From Acidimicrobiales bacterium (lineage in GTDB: Bacteria; Actinomycetota; Acidimicrobiia; Acidimicrobiales; SZUA-35), in NCBI GenBank assembly GCA_041594435.1, contig JBFHME010000002.1:939-64938 (forward strand): 64,000 nt of DNA. The letters are read 5' to 3'. The notes below the pieces were generated by a model that was not told where the DNA came from, did no database searches, and saw only the letters and a program-made list of their open reading frames with translations. How positions within the stretch are numbered: the first letter of the stretch is position 1; the number at the start of each line of letters is the position of its first letter. Below are positions 7,917 through 16,703 of the stretch, one piece after another. Position numbers and translations under genes: made by a program.

Positions 7917-8837
7917 TTAGACATCGAACGATGACTCGACGGTCTCGCCGTCAGTCCCGGAATCGTCACGGTCGCCGTGGAATCCGGGATGGCCGTGGGC
8001 TCGACGGTGTCGCTCCTTCAAACCTCCGGGCCACTCACCGGGCTCGGCGTTGATTCGCTCCTCGATGCGCTCCTCGGCATCCGCCAACCTGTCTTCGACA
8101 TCGTCGGCGTCGAATCGACCGTTCTCGACCGCCCGATCGAGGCGTGCCTCGAGCTGTTCGAGCAGGAAGGCCACCAGGTCGTCCTCGGAGACTCCCTGGG
8201 CTTCGGCCACCTCGGCCAGCGTCCGGCCCTCGGAGAATGCGGCCCGAAGATCGTCGGTGGTCAGCCCGAGAAACTCGGCCACGTCGGCGCCGGCGCCGCG
8301 GAGTCCCCGCCGCCGGCCGTGTCCCTCGCCGTCGAATCGCTCGCCCGGAGTCCGGTTGATCATCTCGCCGATACGATCGTCGAGCTCGGCCTTGAGCTCC
8401 GCGGCCCGATCGGCGTCGATCCGGTCACGGGAAACCGCCTCGTCGATCCGCTCCGTTGCGGCCTCGACAAGGGCGGCTTGCAGCTCGTCGACCGAAACAC
8501 CCTGATCGGCGGCGATGTCGGCCAGCGACATACCCCCGGCGAACGCCGCCCGAATCTCCTGCGCGGTCAGACCGAGCGTTTCGGTCAGCGCCTCGACGCC
8601 GGGATGGTGGGCGAGGTGCCGGTGACGGCCCCGGCCGCGACGATCGATGCGCTCCGCATCCACCTCGAAGCCGGCCGAATCGGTCGCTTGCTCTGTGGTA
8701 CCGGCGGACTCGGTCGAGTCGCTCGTATCATCGTCGGCTGCCGCGAGGGCCACGGGTGCCAACATCGATCCGGCGGTGATACCGCCTACAACCAGTGCGC
8801 CGGGGATCATGAGACGCTTGAGATCGGACTTAGCCAT
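7917..8837 (-). CDS. secreted protein with two tandem ~85-aa helical repeats flanked by His/Arg-rich patches (function unknown)
   Basis: I trimmed the start to ATG 8837 (MAKSDLKRLMIPGALVVGGITAGSMLAPVALAAA), with an AGGAG 12 nt upstream. Repeat A is LGLTAQEIRAAFAGGMSLADIAADQGVSVDELQAAL... and repeat B is LGLTTDDLRAAFSEGRTLAEVAEAQGVSEDDLVAFL.... The rest of the 737-aa track ORF is antisense to the gene at 8916-11210. Confidence 0.65.
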   Translation of the reverse strand: MAKSDLKRLMIPGALVVGGITAGSMLAPVALAAADDDTSDSTESAGTTEQATDSAGFEVDAERIDRRGRGRHRHLAHHPGVEALTETLGLTAQEIRAAFAGGMSLADIAADQGVSVDELQAALVEAATERIDEAVSRDRIDADRAAELKAELDDRIGEMINRTPGERFDGEGHGRRRGLRGAGADVAEFLGLTTDDLRAAFSEGRTLAEVAEAQGVSEDDLVAFLLEQLEARLDRAVENGRFDADDVEDRLADAEERIEERINAEPGEWPGGLKERHRRAHGHPGFHGDRDDSGTDGETVESSFDV

Positions 8838-8915
8838 GAGATTTGTCAACTCCTGTGTTGAGCTCTTGTTCGGGGGGATGGCACCATGATCGAACCGCAG
8901 TGTTAGGAGTGTGTG

Positions 8916-11210
8916 ATGACCGCTGCAGGAGTCGACCAGGAAAGCGGGGATAAAGGGGCGGTCGAGGGGCGAAGCTCCGGCGACTGGCACAAGACCGTCT
9001 GTATTCTCTGTTCCAACAACTGTGGCGTTGAGGTTCGGCTCGACGGGCGGCACATCACCCGTGTTCGGGGTAACAAGGCCCATGTCGCCTCGAAGGGTTA
9101 CACCTGTGAGAAGGCGCTGCGGCTGAACCACTACCAGAATGCCAAGGGGCGACTGACTGCGCCGCTCCGCCGTGAAGCCGACGGCACCTACACCGAGGTC
9201 GACTGGGACACGGCCATCGCCGAGGTGGCCGCCGGGTTCCAGCAGGTCGCCGATCGGCACGGTTCGTCGTCGCTGTTCTACTACGGCGGGGGTGGACAGG
9301 GGAATCACCTGTGCGGAGCCTATGCGGCAGCGACCCGCCGCGCCCTCGGCATCCGATTGCGGTCGAACGCTCTCGCCCAGGAGAAGACCGGCGAGGCCTG
9401 GGTCGACGGTCGCATGTTCGGCACCCACCTCCACGGGGACTTCCACCATGCCGAGGTTTCGGTCTTCGTGGGGAAGAACCCCTGGCATTCCCACGGCTTC
9501 GATGAAACCCGCCGGGTTCTCAAGCAGATCGCCGCCGACGACACCCGCTCGATGATCGTGATCGATCCTCGCCGCACGGAGACCGCCGAGCTGGCCGACT
9601 TCCACCTTCGGGTCCGGCCGGGAACCGACGCCTTCTGCATCGCCGCGCTGGCCGGAATCCTGGTCCAGGAAGGTCTCCACGACACGACCTGGCTCGCCGA
9701 CAACACTACCGGTGCCGACGCCGTGGCCGCCGAACTCGAACGGGTCGACGTCGCCGACTACGCCCGGCGATGTGGTGTCGACGAGGCCCTCCTTCGAGGG
9801 GCCGCCCGGCGTCTGGCCGCCGCCGACTCCGTCGCCGTCCTCGAGGACCTCGGCACCGAGATGGCCCCGAACTCCACACTGGTCTCCTACCTGCAGAAGC
9901 TGCTCTGGATTCTGGTGGGCAGCTTCGCCAAGCCGGGCGCCATGACCACCCACTCGTCGATGGTGCCGTTGTTCAACTACAACGCGTCCGGCCGGGAACC
10001 GACCACGCCGATCACCGGGTCGCCCATCATCTCGGGTCTCGTGCCGTGCAACGAGATCCCCGAGCTGGTCCTGGCGGACCATCCGGACCGTATCCGGGCC
10101 ATGTTCATCGAGAGCGCGAACCCGGTGCACTCACTGGCGGCGTCGGGCGAATGGCGGGCTCTGATGGAGGCACTGGAGTTCTCCGTCGTCATCGACGTGG
10201 CAATGACCGAAACGGCCCGCCTGGCCGACTATGTGCTACCGGCGTCGTCGCAGTACGAGAAGACCGAGGCCACGTTCTTCTCCCTCTCGTTTCCGGACAA
10301 CACCTTCACCGTGCGGGCGCCGATTCTCGAGCCGTTGGAGGGCACATTACCGGAGGCCGAGATCCATCGCCGCCTCCTGCACGAGCTCGGCGTGATCGAC
10401 GCCGAGGTGCTGGCACCGTTGAAGGCGGCGGCGGCCGAGGGCAGAGACACCTTCGCCGCAGCCCTCGGCGGGGCCGTGACCGCCGATCCCGACCTGGCGG
10501 GCTACGGCGCGGTGGTTCTCTACGAGACCCTCGGCCCAACCCTTCCCACCGGCCTGGCCGAAGCCGCGCCACTGTGGTTCTCGGCTCAGCAGGTGGCCGT
10601 GAAGTACCCGGAGGCGATGCGGGCCGCGGGCCATGGCGACGCCGACGCCCTCTTCGACGCCATGGTGGCATCGCGCGACGGCGTGGTCTTCACCCACCAC
10701 GATTACGACGAGTCCTGGACGTTGTTGAACGTCGACGATCACCGGATCAATCTGGATCTCCCCGAGATGCTGGCCGACCTCGCTGCGCTGGCCGCCGAAC
10801 CGGTCGATCACCGCAGCGACGAGTTCCCGTGGATCCTGTCGGCCGGCGAGCGCCGGAGCTTCACCGCCAACACGATCATGCGGGACCCGTCCTGGCGCAA
10901 ACGGGACCCGGAGGGTGCGCTGCGCTTGAGTCCGGCCGACGCGGCGGCGATCGGTGTCGAATCGGGTTCCCGGGTTCGCATCACCACGCCCGGCGGCACA
11001 GTCGTTGCCGTGGCCGAGGTCAACGACACGATGCTCGACGGGCACGTGTCGCTACCGAACGGCCTCGGACTCGACTACTCCCCCGCCGGCGGCAACCCCG
11101 AACGGACCGGCGTCGCCCCCAACGAACTGACCACCACCGACTGGCGGGATCCCTACGCCGGGACCCCGTGGCACAAACACGTCCCCGCCCGACTGGAGGC
11201 GGTGACCTGA
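8916..11210 (+). CDS. molybdopterin (bis-MGD) oxidoreductase family protein
   Basis: The N-terminal 4Fe-4S Mo/W-bis-MGD motif reads CILCSNNCGVEVRLDG..GNKAHVASKGYTCEKA. The product is 764 aa. An AGGAG at 8905-8909 lies 6 nt before ATG 8916. The ORF has no interrupting in-frame TGA. Confidence 0.8.
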   Translation: MTAAGVDQESGDKGAVEGRSSGDWHKTVCILCSNNCGVEVRLDGRHITRVRGNKAHVASKGYTCEKALRLNHYQNAKGRLTAPLRREADGTYTEVDWDTAIAEVAAGFQQVADRHGSSSLFYYGGGGQGNHLCGAYAAATRRALGIRLRSNALAQEKTGEAWVDGRMFGTHLHGDFHHAEVSVFVGKNPWHSHGFDETRRVLKQIAADDTRSMIVIDPRRTETAELADFHLRVRPGTDAFCIAALAGILVQEGLHDTTWLADNTTGADAVAAELERVDVADYARRCGVDEALLRGAARRLAAADSVAVLEDLGTEMAPNSTLVSYLQKLLWILVGSFAKPGAMTTHSSMVPLFNYNASGREPTTPITGSPIISGLVPCNEIPELVLADHPDRIRAMFIESANPVHSLAASGEWRALMEALEFSVVIDVAMTETARLADYVLPASSQYEKTEATFFSLSFPDNTFTVRAPILEPLEGTLPEAEIHRRLLHELGVIDAEVLAPLKAAAAEGRDTFAAALGGAVTADPDLAGYGAVVLYETLGPTLPTGLAEAAPLWFSAQQVAVKYPEAMRAAGHGDADALFDAMVASRDGVVFTHHDYDESWTLLNVDDHRINLDLPEMLADLAALAAEPVDHRSDEFPWILSAGERRSFTANTIMRDPSWRKRDPEGALRLSPADAAAIGVESGSRVRITTPGGTVVAVAEVNDTMLDGHVSLPNGLGLDYSPAGGNPERTGVAPNELTTTDWRDPYAGTPWHKHVPARLEAVT

Positions 11211-11232
11211 GCGAATCCGACGGACGAGGCCC

Positions 11233-12069
11233 GTGAACCCGATCATCGACTACGACGTCCTACCCGTCGACCGGCCGGCGAGTGCCGCCTATGTCGCCGC
11301 CGTCGATCGGGTTCGAGCCGAACTGGCCGACGACGGCTGCGCCGTCATCCGCGGCGTGCTGACGTCGGCCGGGCTGACGGCCACCGTCGCCGAGGCCGAT
11401 GCGGTTGCGCCTGCCGCCCACCGATCCTTCAGTCGCACCAATCCGTACTTCACCGCCGACGACGAATCGCTGCCGATCGACGACCCACGCCGGCGTTTCC
11501 ACGATCGGTCGAACGCCTTCGTGCCTGCCGACAACTTCCCCCCTGGTGGCCCACTGCGGGGCATCTACGACGAGCCCGGCTTCACCGGGTTCATCCGCGA
11601 CTGCCTCCAGGCGGAGCCGTTCCACCGCTACGCCGACCCGCTGGCCGATGTGATCATCAACACCGCGAAAGAGGGCCCGGGCTTCCCGTGGCACTTCGAC
11701 ACCAACGACTACACCGTCACGCTGGCCATCCAGACCGCGGAGGAAGGCGGAGCGTTCCAGTACGCGCCGAACATTCGCACGGCGGACGACGAGAACTTCG
11801 CCGAGGTCTCCCGAGTACTCGACGGCACATCCGACCGCGTCGTCACGCTCGATCTCGTGCCCGGCGATCTCCAGATCTTCCTCGGCCGTTACAGCCTGCA
11901 CCGGGTCACGCCGCTTGCCGGTGACCGGCCTCGCCACGTCGGCATCTTCTCCTATGTCGACCAACCCGACATGGTGGCCTCGCCCGAGCGGTGCCGCCAG
12001 CTGTACGGTCGAGTGCTTCCGATCCACCACGAGCGAGCGGGACGCCGTCAGGACATGCTGCTCGACTAG
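11233..12069 (+). CDS. 2OG-Fe(II) oxygenase superfamily protein
   Basis: An HxD...H arrangement is visible: PWHFDTNDYTVTLAIQ..EEGGAFQY..GDLQIFLGRYSLHRVTP. Confidence 0.55.
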   Translation: MNPIIDYDVLPVDRPASAAYVAAVDRVRAELADDGCAVIRGVLTSAGLTATVAEADAVAPAAHRSFSRTNPYFTADDESLPIDDPRRRFHDRSNAFVPADNFPPGGPLRGIYDEPGFTGFIRDCLQAEPFHRYADPLADVIINTAKEGPGFPWHFDTNDYTVTLAIQTAEEGGAFQYAPNIRTADDENFAEVSRVLDGTSDRVVTLDLVPGDLQIFLGRYSLHRVTPLAGDRPRHVGIFSYVDQPDMVASPERCRQLYGRVLPIHHERAGRRQDMLLD

Positions 12070-13130
12070 GCCGGCAGCCGCACCGTCATCATCGTTCCCT
12101 CGCCCTCGGCGCTCCAGACCTCGATGGTTCCGCCGTGCGCCTCGACCAGGCTTCGGCTGATGGTCAGACCGAGACCCGAGCCCTGCGATCCGCGACCCTT
12201 GGCGAATCGATCGAAGACGGCGTCGAGCTGGTCGGGGGCGATGCCTGCGCCGTCATCGGAGACGGCGATCTCGACCGAGGTGGGACCGCGAGCAACGATC
12301 ACCTCCACCCGGCCCCCCTCGTCGACCGCCCTGAGGGCGTTGGACACCAGGTTCGTGACCACCTCGGCAATCCGCATCGAGTCGACGTCGGTGATCACCG
12401 GATCACCCTCATCGTCCGTCCCGGCTCCCGGCACCACCAGGTGGATGCCCCGCGCCGCGGCCTCGACCCTGAATCGGGCGACCACATCGGCCACCAGGCG
12501 ATCGATGTCGGTCGGTTCGGGCTGCAGGTCGAGAACGCCGGCCTCCGTGGTACTCAGCGTCTTCAGGTCATCGAGCAGGCGCTCCATGCCGGCGACATCG
12601 ACCAGCAAGCGTCGCAGCTCAGCCTCATTCAGCTCGTGCACGCCGTCGGCCATCGCTTCGAGTTCGCCGCGGATGATGGTGAGTGGGGTTCGCAGCTCGT
12701 GGCCGACGTCGGCCAGCAACCGCCGGCGCAGCTCGTCGGAGCGCTCCAGCCGTTCCGCCATCTCGTTGAACGACACGACCACCGGCGCCAAGGCGGGCGG
12801 TACGTTGTCGGCGATTCGAGCCGAGTAGTCGCCGTCGGCCAGGCGGCTCGTGGCCTGCATCATGTCGTTCACCGACCGGAAACCTCGAAACACGAAGCGG
12901 CCCGACAGCACACCGGTGGCCACGACGGCCAGACTCAGGATGGCGGCCACCGCCGCTCCGGTCCAGCCGGCGAACGCCGCGGTCAGGGCGGCGGCGAGCA
13001 GCACGGGAAGCACCAGGGTCAGTGCCAGCGCGGCCAGCATCAGACGACGGAACCAGCGGAACTTGGCCTGGTGCTCGCCGGACCAACCTCGTTCAGGACG
13101 CCACCGATGGCCGCCGGCGGCCCGCATCAC
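12066..13130 (-). CDS. sensor histidine kinase (TM-HAMP-HisKA-HATPase)
   Basis: The H-box is LADVGHELRTPLTIIRGELEAM, the N-box is VVTNLVSNALRAV, and the G-boxes are DDGAGI and GSGLGLTISRSLVEAHGG. Its start overlaps the response regulator stop (ATGA). Confidence 0.85.
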   Translation of the reverse strand: MMRAAGGHRWRPERGWSGEHQAKFRWFRRLMLAALALTLVLPVLLAAALTAAFAGWTGAAVAAILSLAVVATGVLSGRFVFRGFRSVNDMMQATSRLADGDYSARIADNVPPALAPVVVSFNEMAERLERSDELRRRLLADVGHELRTPLTIIRGELEAMADGVHELNEAELRRLLVDVAGMERLLDDLKTLSTTEAGVLDLQPEPTDIDRLVADVVARFRVEAAARGIHLVVPGAGTDDEGDPVITDVDSMRIAEVVTNLVSNALRAVDEGGRVEVIVARGPTSVEIAVSDDGAGIAPDQLDAVFDRFAKGRGSQGSGLGLTISRSLVEAHGGTIEVWSAEGEGTMMTVRLPA

Positions 13131-13810
13131 GGTCCGGCCTCGGCGAACTTGTAGCCGACACCGTGCACCGTCAGGATGAACTGGGGTTGTCGGGGCTTCG
13201 ATCCGAACTTGCGGCGGATGTTCTTGACGTGGGCGTCGACGGCGCGTTCGTAGGACTCGAAGCTGATGCCGTGAAGGGCGTCGAGCAATTGACCCCGTGT
13301 GAACACCCGACCCGGCTGTGCGGCCATCGTCGCCACGAGCTGGAATTCCGTCGGGGTGAGCTCGACCTCGTTCCCGTCGAGCGAAACACGCATGCGGGGC
13401 ACGTCGACCTCGACGGCGCCGACCCGGAACACCTCTCCCGGTCCGAGCGATTCCATGCGCCGCAGCAGCGCCCGCACCCGGGCCACGAGTTCCTTGGGTC
13501 CGAATGGTTTGACGACATAGTCGTCGGCTCCCAGCTCGAGTCCGACGACACGATCGGTCTCCTCCGAGCGGGCACTCAAGACGATGATCGGCACGTCGGA
13601 TCGGGTGCGGATCTCGCGGATCACGTCGAGGCCGTCCATACCGGGGAGCCCGAGGTCGATCACGAGCAGGTCCGGGCGGTGAGCCGAGAACGCCTCGATG
13701 GCCGACGGACCGTCATGGGCTTCGACGGCCCGAAAGCCCGCCCGGTGCAGGTAGTCCCTGACCAGGCGGGCGATGCGGGGTTCGTCGTCGACGACGAGGA
13801 TGGTGGCCAC
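13127..13810 (-). CDS. OmpR-family response regulator
   Basis: The receiver domain reads ILVVDDEP...LLVIDLGLPGMDG...DDYVVKPF. The winged-helix domain reads LTPTEFQLVATMAAQPGRVFTRGQLL..VDAHVKNIRRKF. Confidence 0.9.
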   Translation of the reverse strand: MATILVVDDEPRIARLVRDYLHRAGFRAVEAHDGPSAIEAFSAHRPDLLVIDLGLPGMDGLDVIREIRTRSDVPIIVLSARSEETDRVVGLELGADDYVVKPFGPKELVARVRALLRRMESLGPGEVFRVGAVEVDVPRMRVSLDGNEVELTPTEFQLVATMAAQPGRVFTRGQLLDALHGISFESYERAVDAHVKNIRRKFGSKPRQPQFILTVHGVGYKFAEAGP

Positions 13811-13815
13811 CCTGC

Positions 13816-14172
13816 CTATTGTTCCCGATCGGCGGGGTGGTCGCCGGGGTTGGGGAACAACTTGTCGATCTCACGTTTGGCCGCCCGGAGGGCCTCCTCC
13901 CAGTCCCGGTCCTCCGGGTCCGGCCCGGATTGGGTTTCGGGATCGGCCGTTCGCCGGTGATGGTGTTGCCGGGCGTAGCCGGACCGGTGGGCGAACATCT
14001 TGAACACGAAGCCGAAGAACAGCAGCGTGAACACGACCTTCATGATGAGGAACGGAAGGAACAGGAGCGCCCCGGCGACCGAGCCGACTCCGCCGGCCAG
14101 CAGATAGCCGAAGGCCACGGCCAGAGCGAGGGGAACGAGGAGCGGCAGCCGGCCTCGACGGAATGCGAACAT
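13816..14172 (-). CDS. small membrane protein, first gene of the response regulator/histidine kinase operon
   Basis: I trimmed the start to ATG 14172 (MFAFRRGRLPLLVPLALAVAFGYLLAGG...), with an AAGGAG 9 nt upstream. It has two hydrophobic segments and a charged tail. Its stop lies 5 nt before the response regulator start. Confidence 0.55.
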   Translation of the reverse strand: MFAFRRGRLPLLVPLALAVAFGYLLAGGVGSVAGALLFLPFLIMKVVFTLLFFGFVFKMFAHRSGYARQHHHRRTADPETQSGPDPEDRDWEEALRAAKREIDKLFPNPGDHPADREQ

Positions 14173-14341
14173 GATGAGATTCTCCTTCCCACCGTGGTGC
14201 GGTGAGGTTGATGAGTGGGGACACACCCATCGTCGCCGCCGGTTGTGAAGGAGTTGTGAATGCGTTCGGGAGGTTTCCAGCCCCGAACCCGTACGTTGTC
14301 GTCGAGGCGGAACCGGGTACCGCCACGAGCGCGCCGAACGG

Positions 14342-15379
14342 TCAGGAGAGCCAGGATTTGAGCTTTTCGACGGTGCCCAGGGGGTCGGGACCGGCGGGCT
14401 GTATCTGCAGCATCGTCACCCCGGCGGCCTTGAACGCCTCGACCCGTTCTCGGACGTAGCCCTCGTCACCGGCCAGGGTGGTGGCGGCCAGGAAGTCATC
14501 GGGTACCGCCGCCATCGCCTCCTCCTTGCGACCGTCGAGGTAGAGGTCCTGGATCTGCTCCGCCTCCTTCTCGTAGCCGTAGGACCGGAAGACGTTGTTG
14601 TAGAAGTTCTTGCCCTTGGCCCCCATACCGCCGACGTACAAGGCGGTCATGAACCGGCCACCGTCGCGGAGTTTCTGCGCCTCCTCGGGGCCACAGATCG
14701 CCACGGTGCCGCCGGCCACGACCTCGAGCGGGCCGAGCGAGCCGTCACGTTTCGCCAGCCCCTTGGCCAGAGGATCCCCCCACACCAGATCGGCCTTCTC
14801 CGGGTGGAAGAACACGGGAATCCAACCGTCGGCCGCCTCGGCCGTGATCTCGGCGTTGCGCGGACCCAGCGACGCGATGTAGATCGGGATGTCGGCCCGC
14901 TTGGGATGATTGATGAGCTTGAGCGGTTTGCCGAGGCCGGTTCCCTGATCCTCGGGCAGAGGCAGGTGATAGACCGGGCCGTCGTGGACGACGACCTCCC
15001 GCCGCCACACTTTGCGGCAGATCTCCATCAACTCACGCTGGCGGCCGACCGGCTTGTCGTAGGGAACACCGTGCCAGCCCTCGATCACCTGGGGACCACT
15101 CGCTCCGATACCGAGGATGAAACGACCGCCGGAAACGGCGTCGAGGCCGGCCGCGGTCATGGCGGTGAGCGTCGGTGTTCGGGAGTAGATCGGGAGGATG
15201 GCCGATCCCAACTCCATCGTGGTCGTGCGGGCGGCCAGGTAGCCGAGGATACTGACCGCGTCGAAGCTGTAGAGTTCCGGCACCCAACCGACGTCGAGGC
15301 CGGCTTTCTCCAGATCGACGGCGGCATCGGCCGCCGCCACGGGATCCCCGGAGTACGTGAGCATCATCGAGAGCTTCAT
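14342..15379 (-). CDS. LLM-class (luciferase-like) F420-dependent oxidoreductase
   Basis: The start is trimmed to MKLSMMLTYSGDP. The sequence WVPELYSFDAVSILGYLAARTTTMELGSAILPIYSRTP..FILGIGASGPQVIEGWHG is typical of this family. Confidence 0.75.
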   Translation of the reverse strand: MKLSMMLTYSGDPVAAADAAVDLEKAGLDVGWVPELYSFDAVSILGYLAARTTTMELGSAILPIYSRTPTLTAMTAAGLDAVSGGRFILGIGASGPQVIEGWHGVPYDKPVGRQRELMEICRKVWRREVVVHDGPVYHLPLPEDQGTGLGKPLKLINHPKRADIPIYIASLGPRNAEITAEAADGWIPVFFHPEKADLVWGDPLAKGLAKRDGSLGPLEVVAGGTVAICGPEEAQKLRDGGRFMTALYVGGMGAKGKNFYNNVFRSYGYEKEAEQIQDLYLDGRKEEAMAAVPDDFLAATTLAGDEGYVRERVEAFKAAGVTMLQIQPAGPDPLGTVEKLKSWLS

Positions 15380-15422
15380 GGTTCGGTCGTTCCCCTCGTC
15401 ACGTCGGCCGTGCGTCCTCAGC

Positions 15423-16649
15423 CTATGCCTCAACCACGGCCCGGGACGAACCCGGATAGACGCCGACCGGTGGCAGCCATCTGGTGACCGCGGCGAAGGC
15501 CACCACCGCGGGGATCGTGACCAGCGCCATCGCCGCGCCGACCGACAGAGACGTCGAGGCCAGCCATCCGACCATGACCGGGAACACGATCGTGGCCACG
15601 CGGAGACCGGCGGTCAGCGCGCCGAGTCCGGCTCCCGGGCGACCCGGGTGTTTGGCCGCCCGATCATAGATGGTCGGCAGCATCACGGCGATCCCGGTGC
15701 CGGCCACGAAGAAGCCGATCAGATCGATCCACCGGACGTCGACCAGCGTCGCCGCCATCATCCCCCCGCCGGTCAAGGCGGTGCTCAACCAGCCGAGTCG
15801 CTCGGCACCCAGACGATGGGCGGCCCAGTCGCCCCCGAACCGGCCCGCGGTCATGCCTCCGGTCACGGCCACGTAGGCAAGTGCGGCCTGGCCGGCCGAC
15901 GTACCGAAGTCGTCGGCGAACCGGAAGGCGGCCCAGTCGATCGACGTTGCCTCGACGGCCAATGCCGCCATGCCGGCCAGACCGAACAGCATCAGCACCC
16001 AACGCCGGTTGCCCTGGCGACCGGGCACCCGAACAGGCGGCTCCGCGACCGTCGCCTCGTCATCCCGCAGCGCCCAGCGGCTGACCAGAAAGACCGCGGC
16101 GAGCAGAACCACCGTGGCGGCCGGCAGGTGGACCGACAGCGGAACACCGGCGGCCGCGACCCGGGCCGCCACCAGCCCTCCGATCACCGTGCCGAGACTC
16201 CACAGTCCGTGCAGACGACTCATGACCGGGGCGTGGCGGCGGGCGCTCAACCACGACCCCTGCATGTTCATCGACACATCCACCAGCACGTCGAGACCGA
16301 GGATGATCGCCAGGGCGGCGAGGAGCGTGTACTGCGATCGGGCGTAACCGACCAGCGGGAGCGTCAACGCGATCACGGTCGCCGTGCCGGTCATGACCAG
16401 CCGGGTGCCGAACCGGCCGATGGCCCGGCCGACGGCCAAGCTGCCGAGCAAACCGGTGAGACCGGCCAGCGACATGAGCAGTCCGACCCGGTCGACCGTG
16501 ATGCCGATCTGGTCACGGATCTCGGGCAGGCGGGGCAGGAACGAGGCGAACACGGTGCCGTTGATGAAGAACTGTGTGGCCACCGCCACGAGGGCCCGCC
16601 GATCGGCCTGGCTGAAAACGGCGTCGGCCCGGGAGTCGGCTGCGGTCAT
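15423..16649 (-). CDS. MFS transporter
   Basis: The 408-aa product has about 12 hydrophobic segments. It carries MFS-like loops (GRAIGRFGTR). Confidence 0.75.
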   Translation of the reverse strand: MTAADSRADAVFSQADRRALVAVATQFFINGTVFASFLPRLPEIRDQIGITVDRVGLLMSLAGLTGLLGSLAVGRAIGRFGTRLVMTGTATVIALTLPLVGYARSQYTLLAALAIILGLDVLVDVSMNMQGSWLSARRHAPVMSRLHGLWSLGTVIGGLVAARVAAAGVPLSVHLPAATVVLLAAVFLVSRWALRDDEATVAEPPVRVPGRQGNRRWVLMLFGLAGMAALAVEATSIDWAAFRFADDFGTSAGQAALAYVAVTGGMTAGRFGGDWAAHRLGAERLGWLSTALTGGGMMAATLVDVRWIDLIGFFVAGTGIAVMLPTIYDRAAKHPGRPGAGLGALTAGLRVATIVFPVMVGWLASTSLSVGAAMALVTIPAVVAFAAVTRWLPPVGVYPGSSRAVVEA

Positions 16650-16703
16650 CGCCGCAACCCTACTCCCGGGCCTCCTGGAACATCTAGTCTCCGGTGTTTC
16701 GCC

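Noticed and set aside
7917-10130. A 737-aa minus-strand ORF spans the secreted-protein gene and continues for 1.3 kb.
   Set aside because: Only the last 306 codons have protein-like features: a signal peptide at MAKSDLK, an AGGAG RBS, and internal repeats. The upstream 430 codons are antisense to the well-supported molybdopterin oxidoreductase (8916-11210) and are Gly/Arg/Pro/Val-rich shadow sequence typical of high-GC DNA.
8916-11210. The molybdopterin oxidoreductase as the selenoprotein target of selA/selB.
   Set aside because: The ORF is continuous from the Fe-S motif to the stop, with no in-frame TGA. The sequence does not show the formate-dehydrogenase-type Sec/Cys-His active-site context that I could recognise.
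12066-12069. Convergent genes sharing overlapping stop codons: CTAG at 12066-12069, and similarly at 3027-3030.
   Set aside because: This is common in compact high-GC genomes, and I could not attach any specific function to it.
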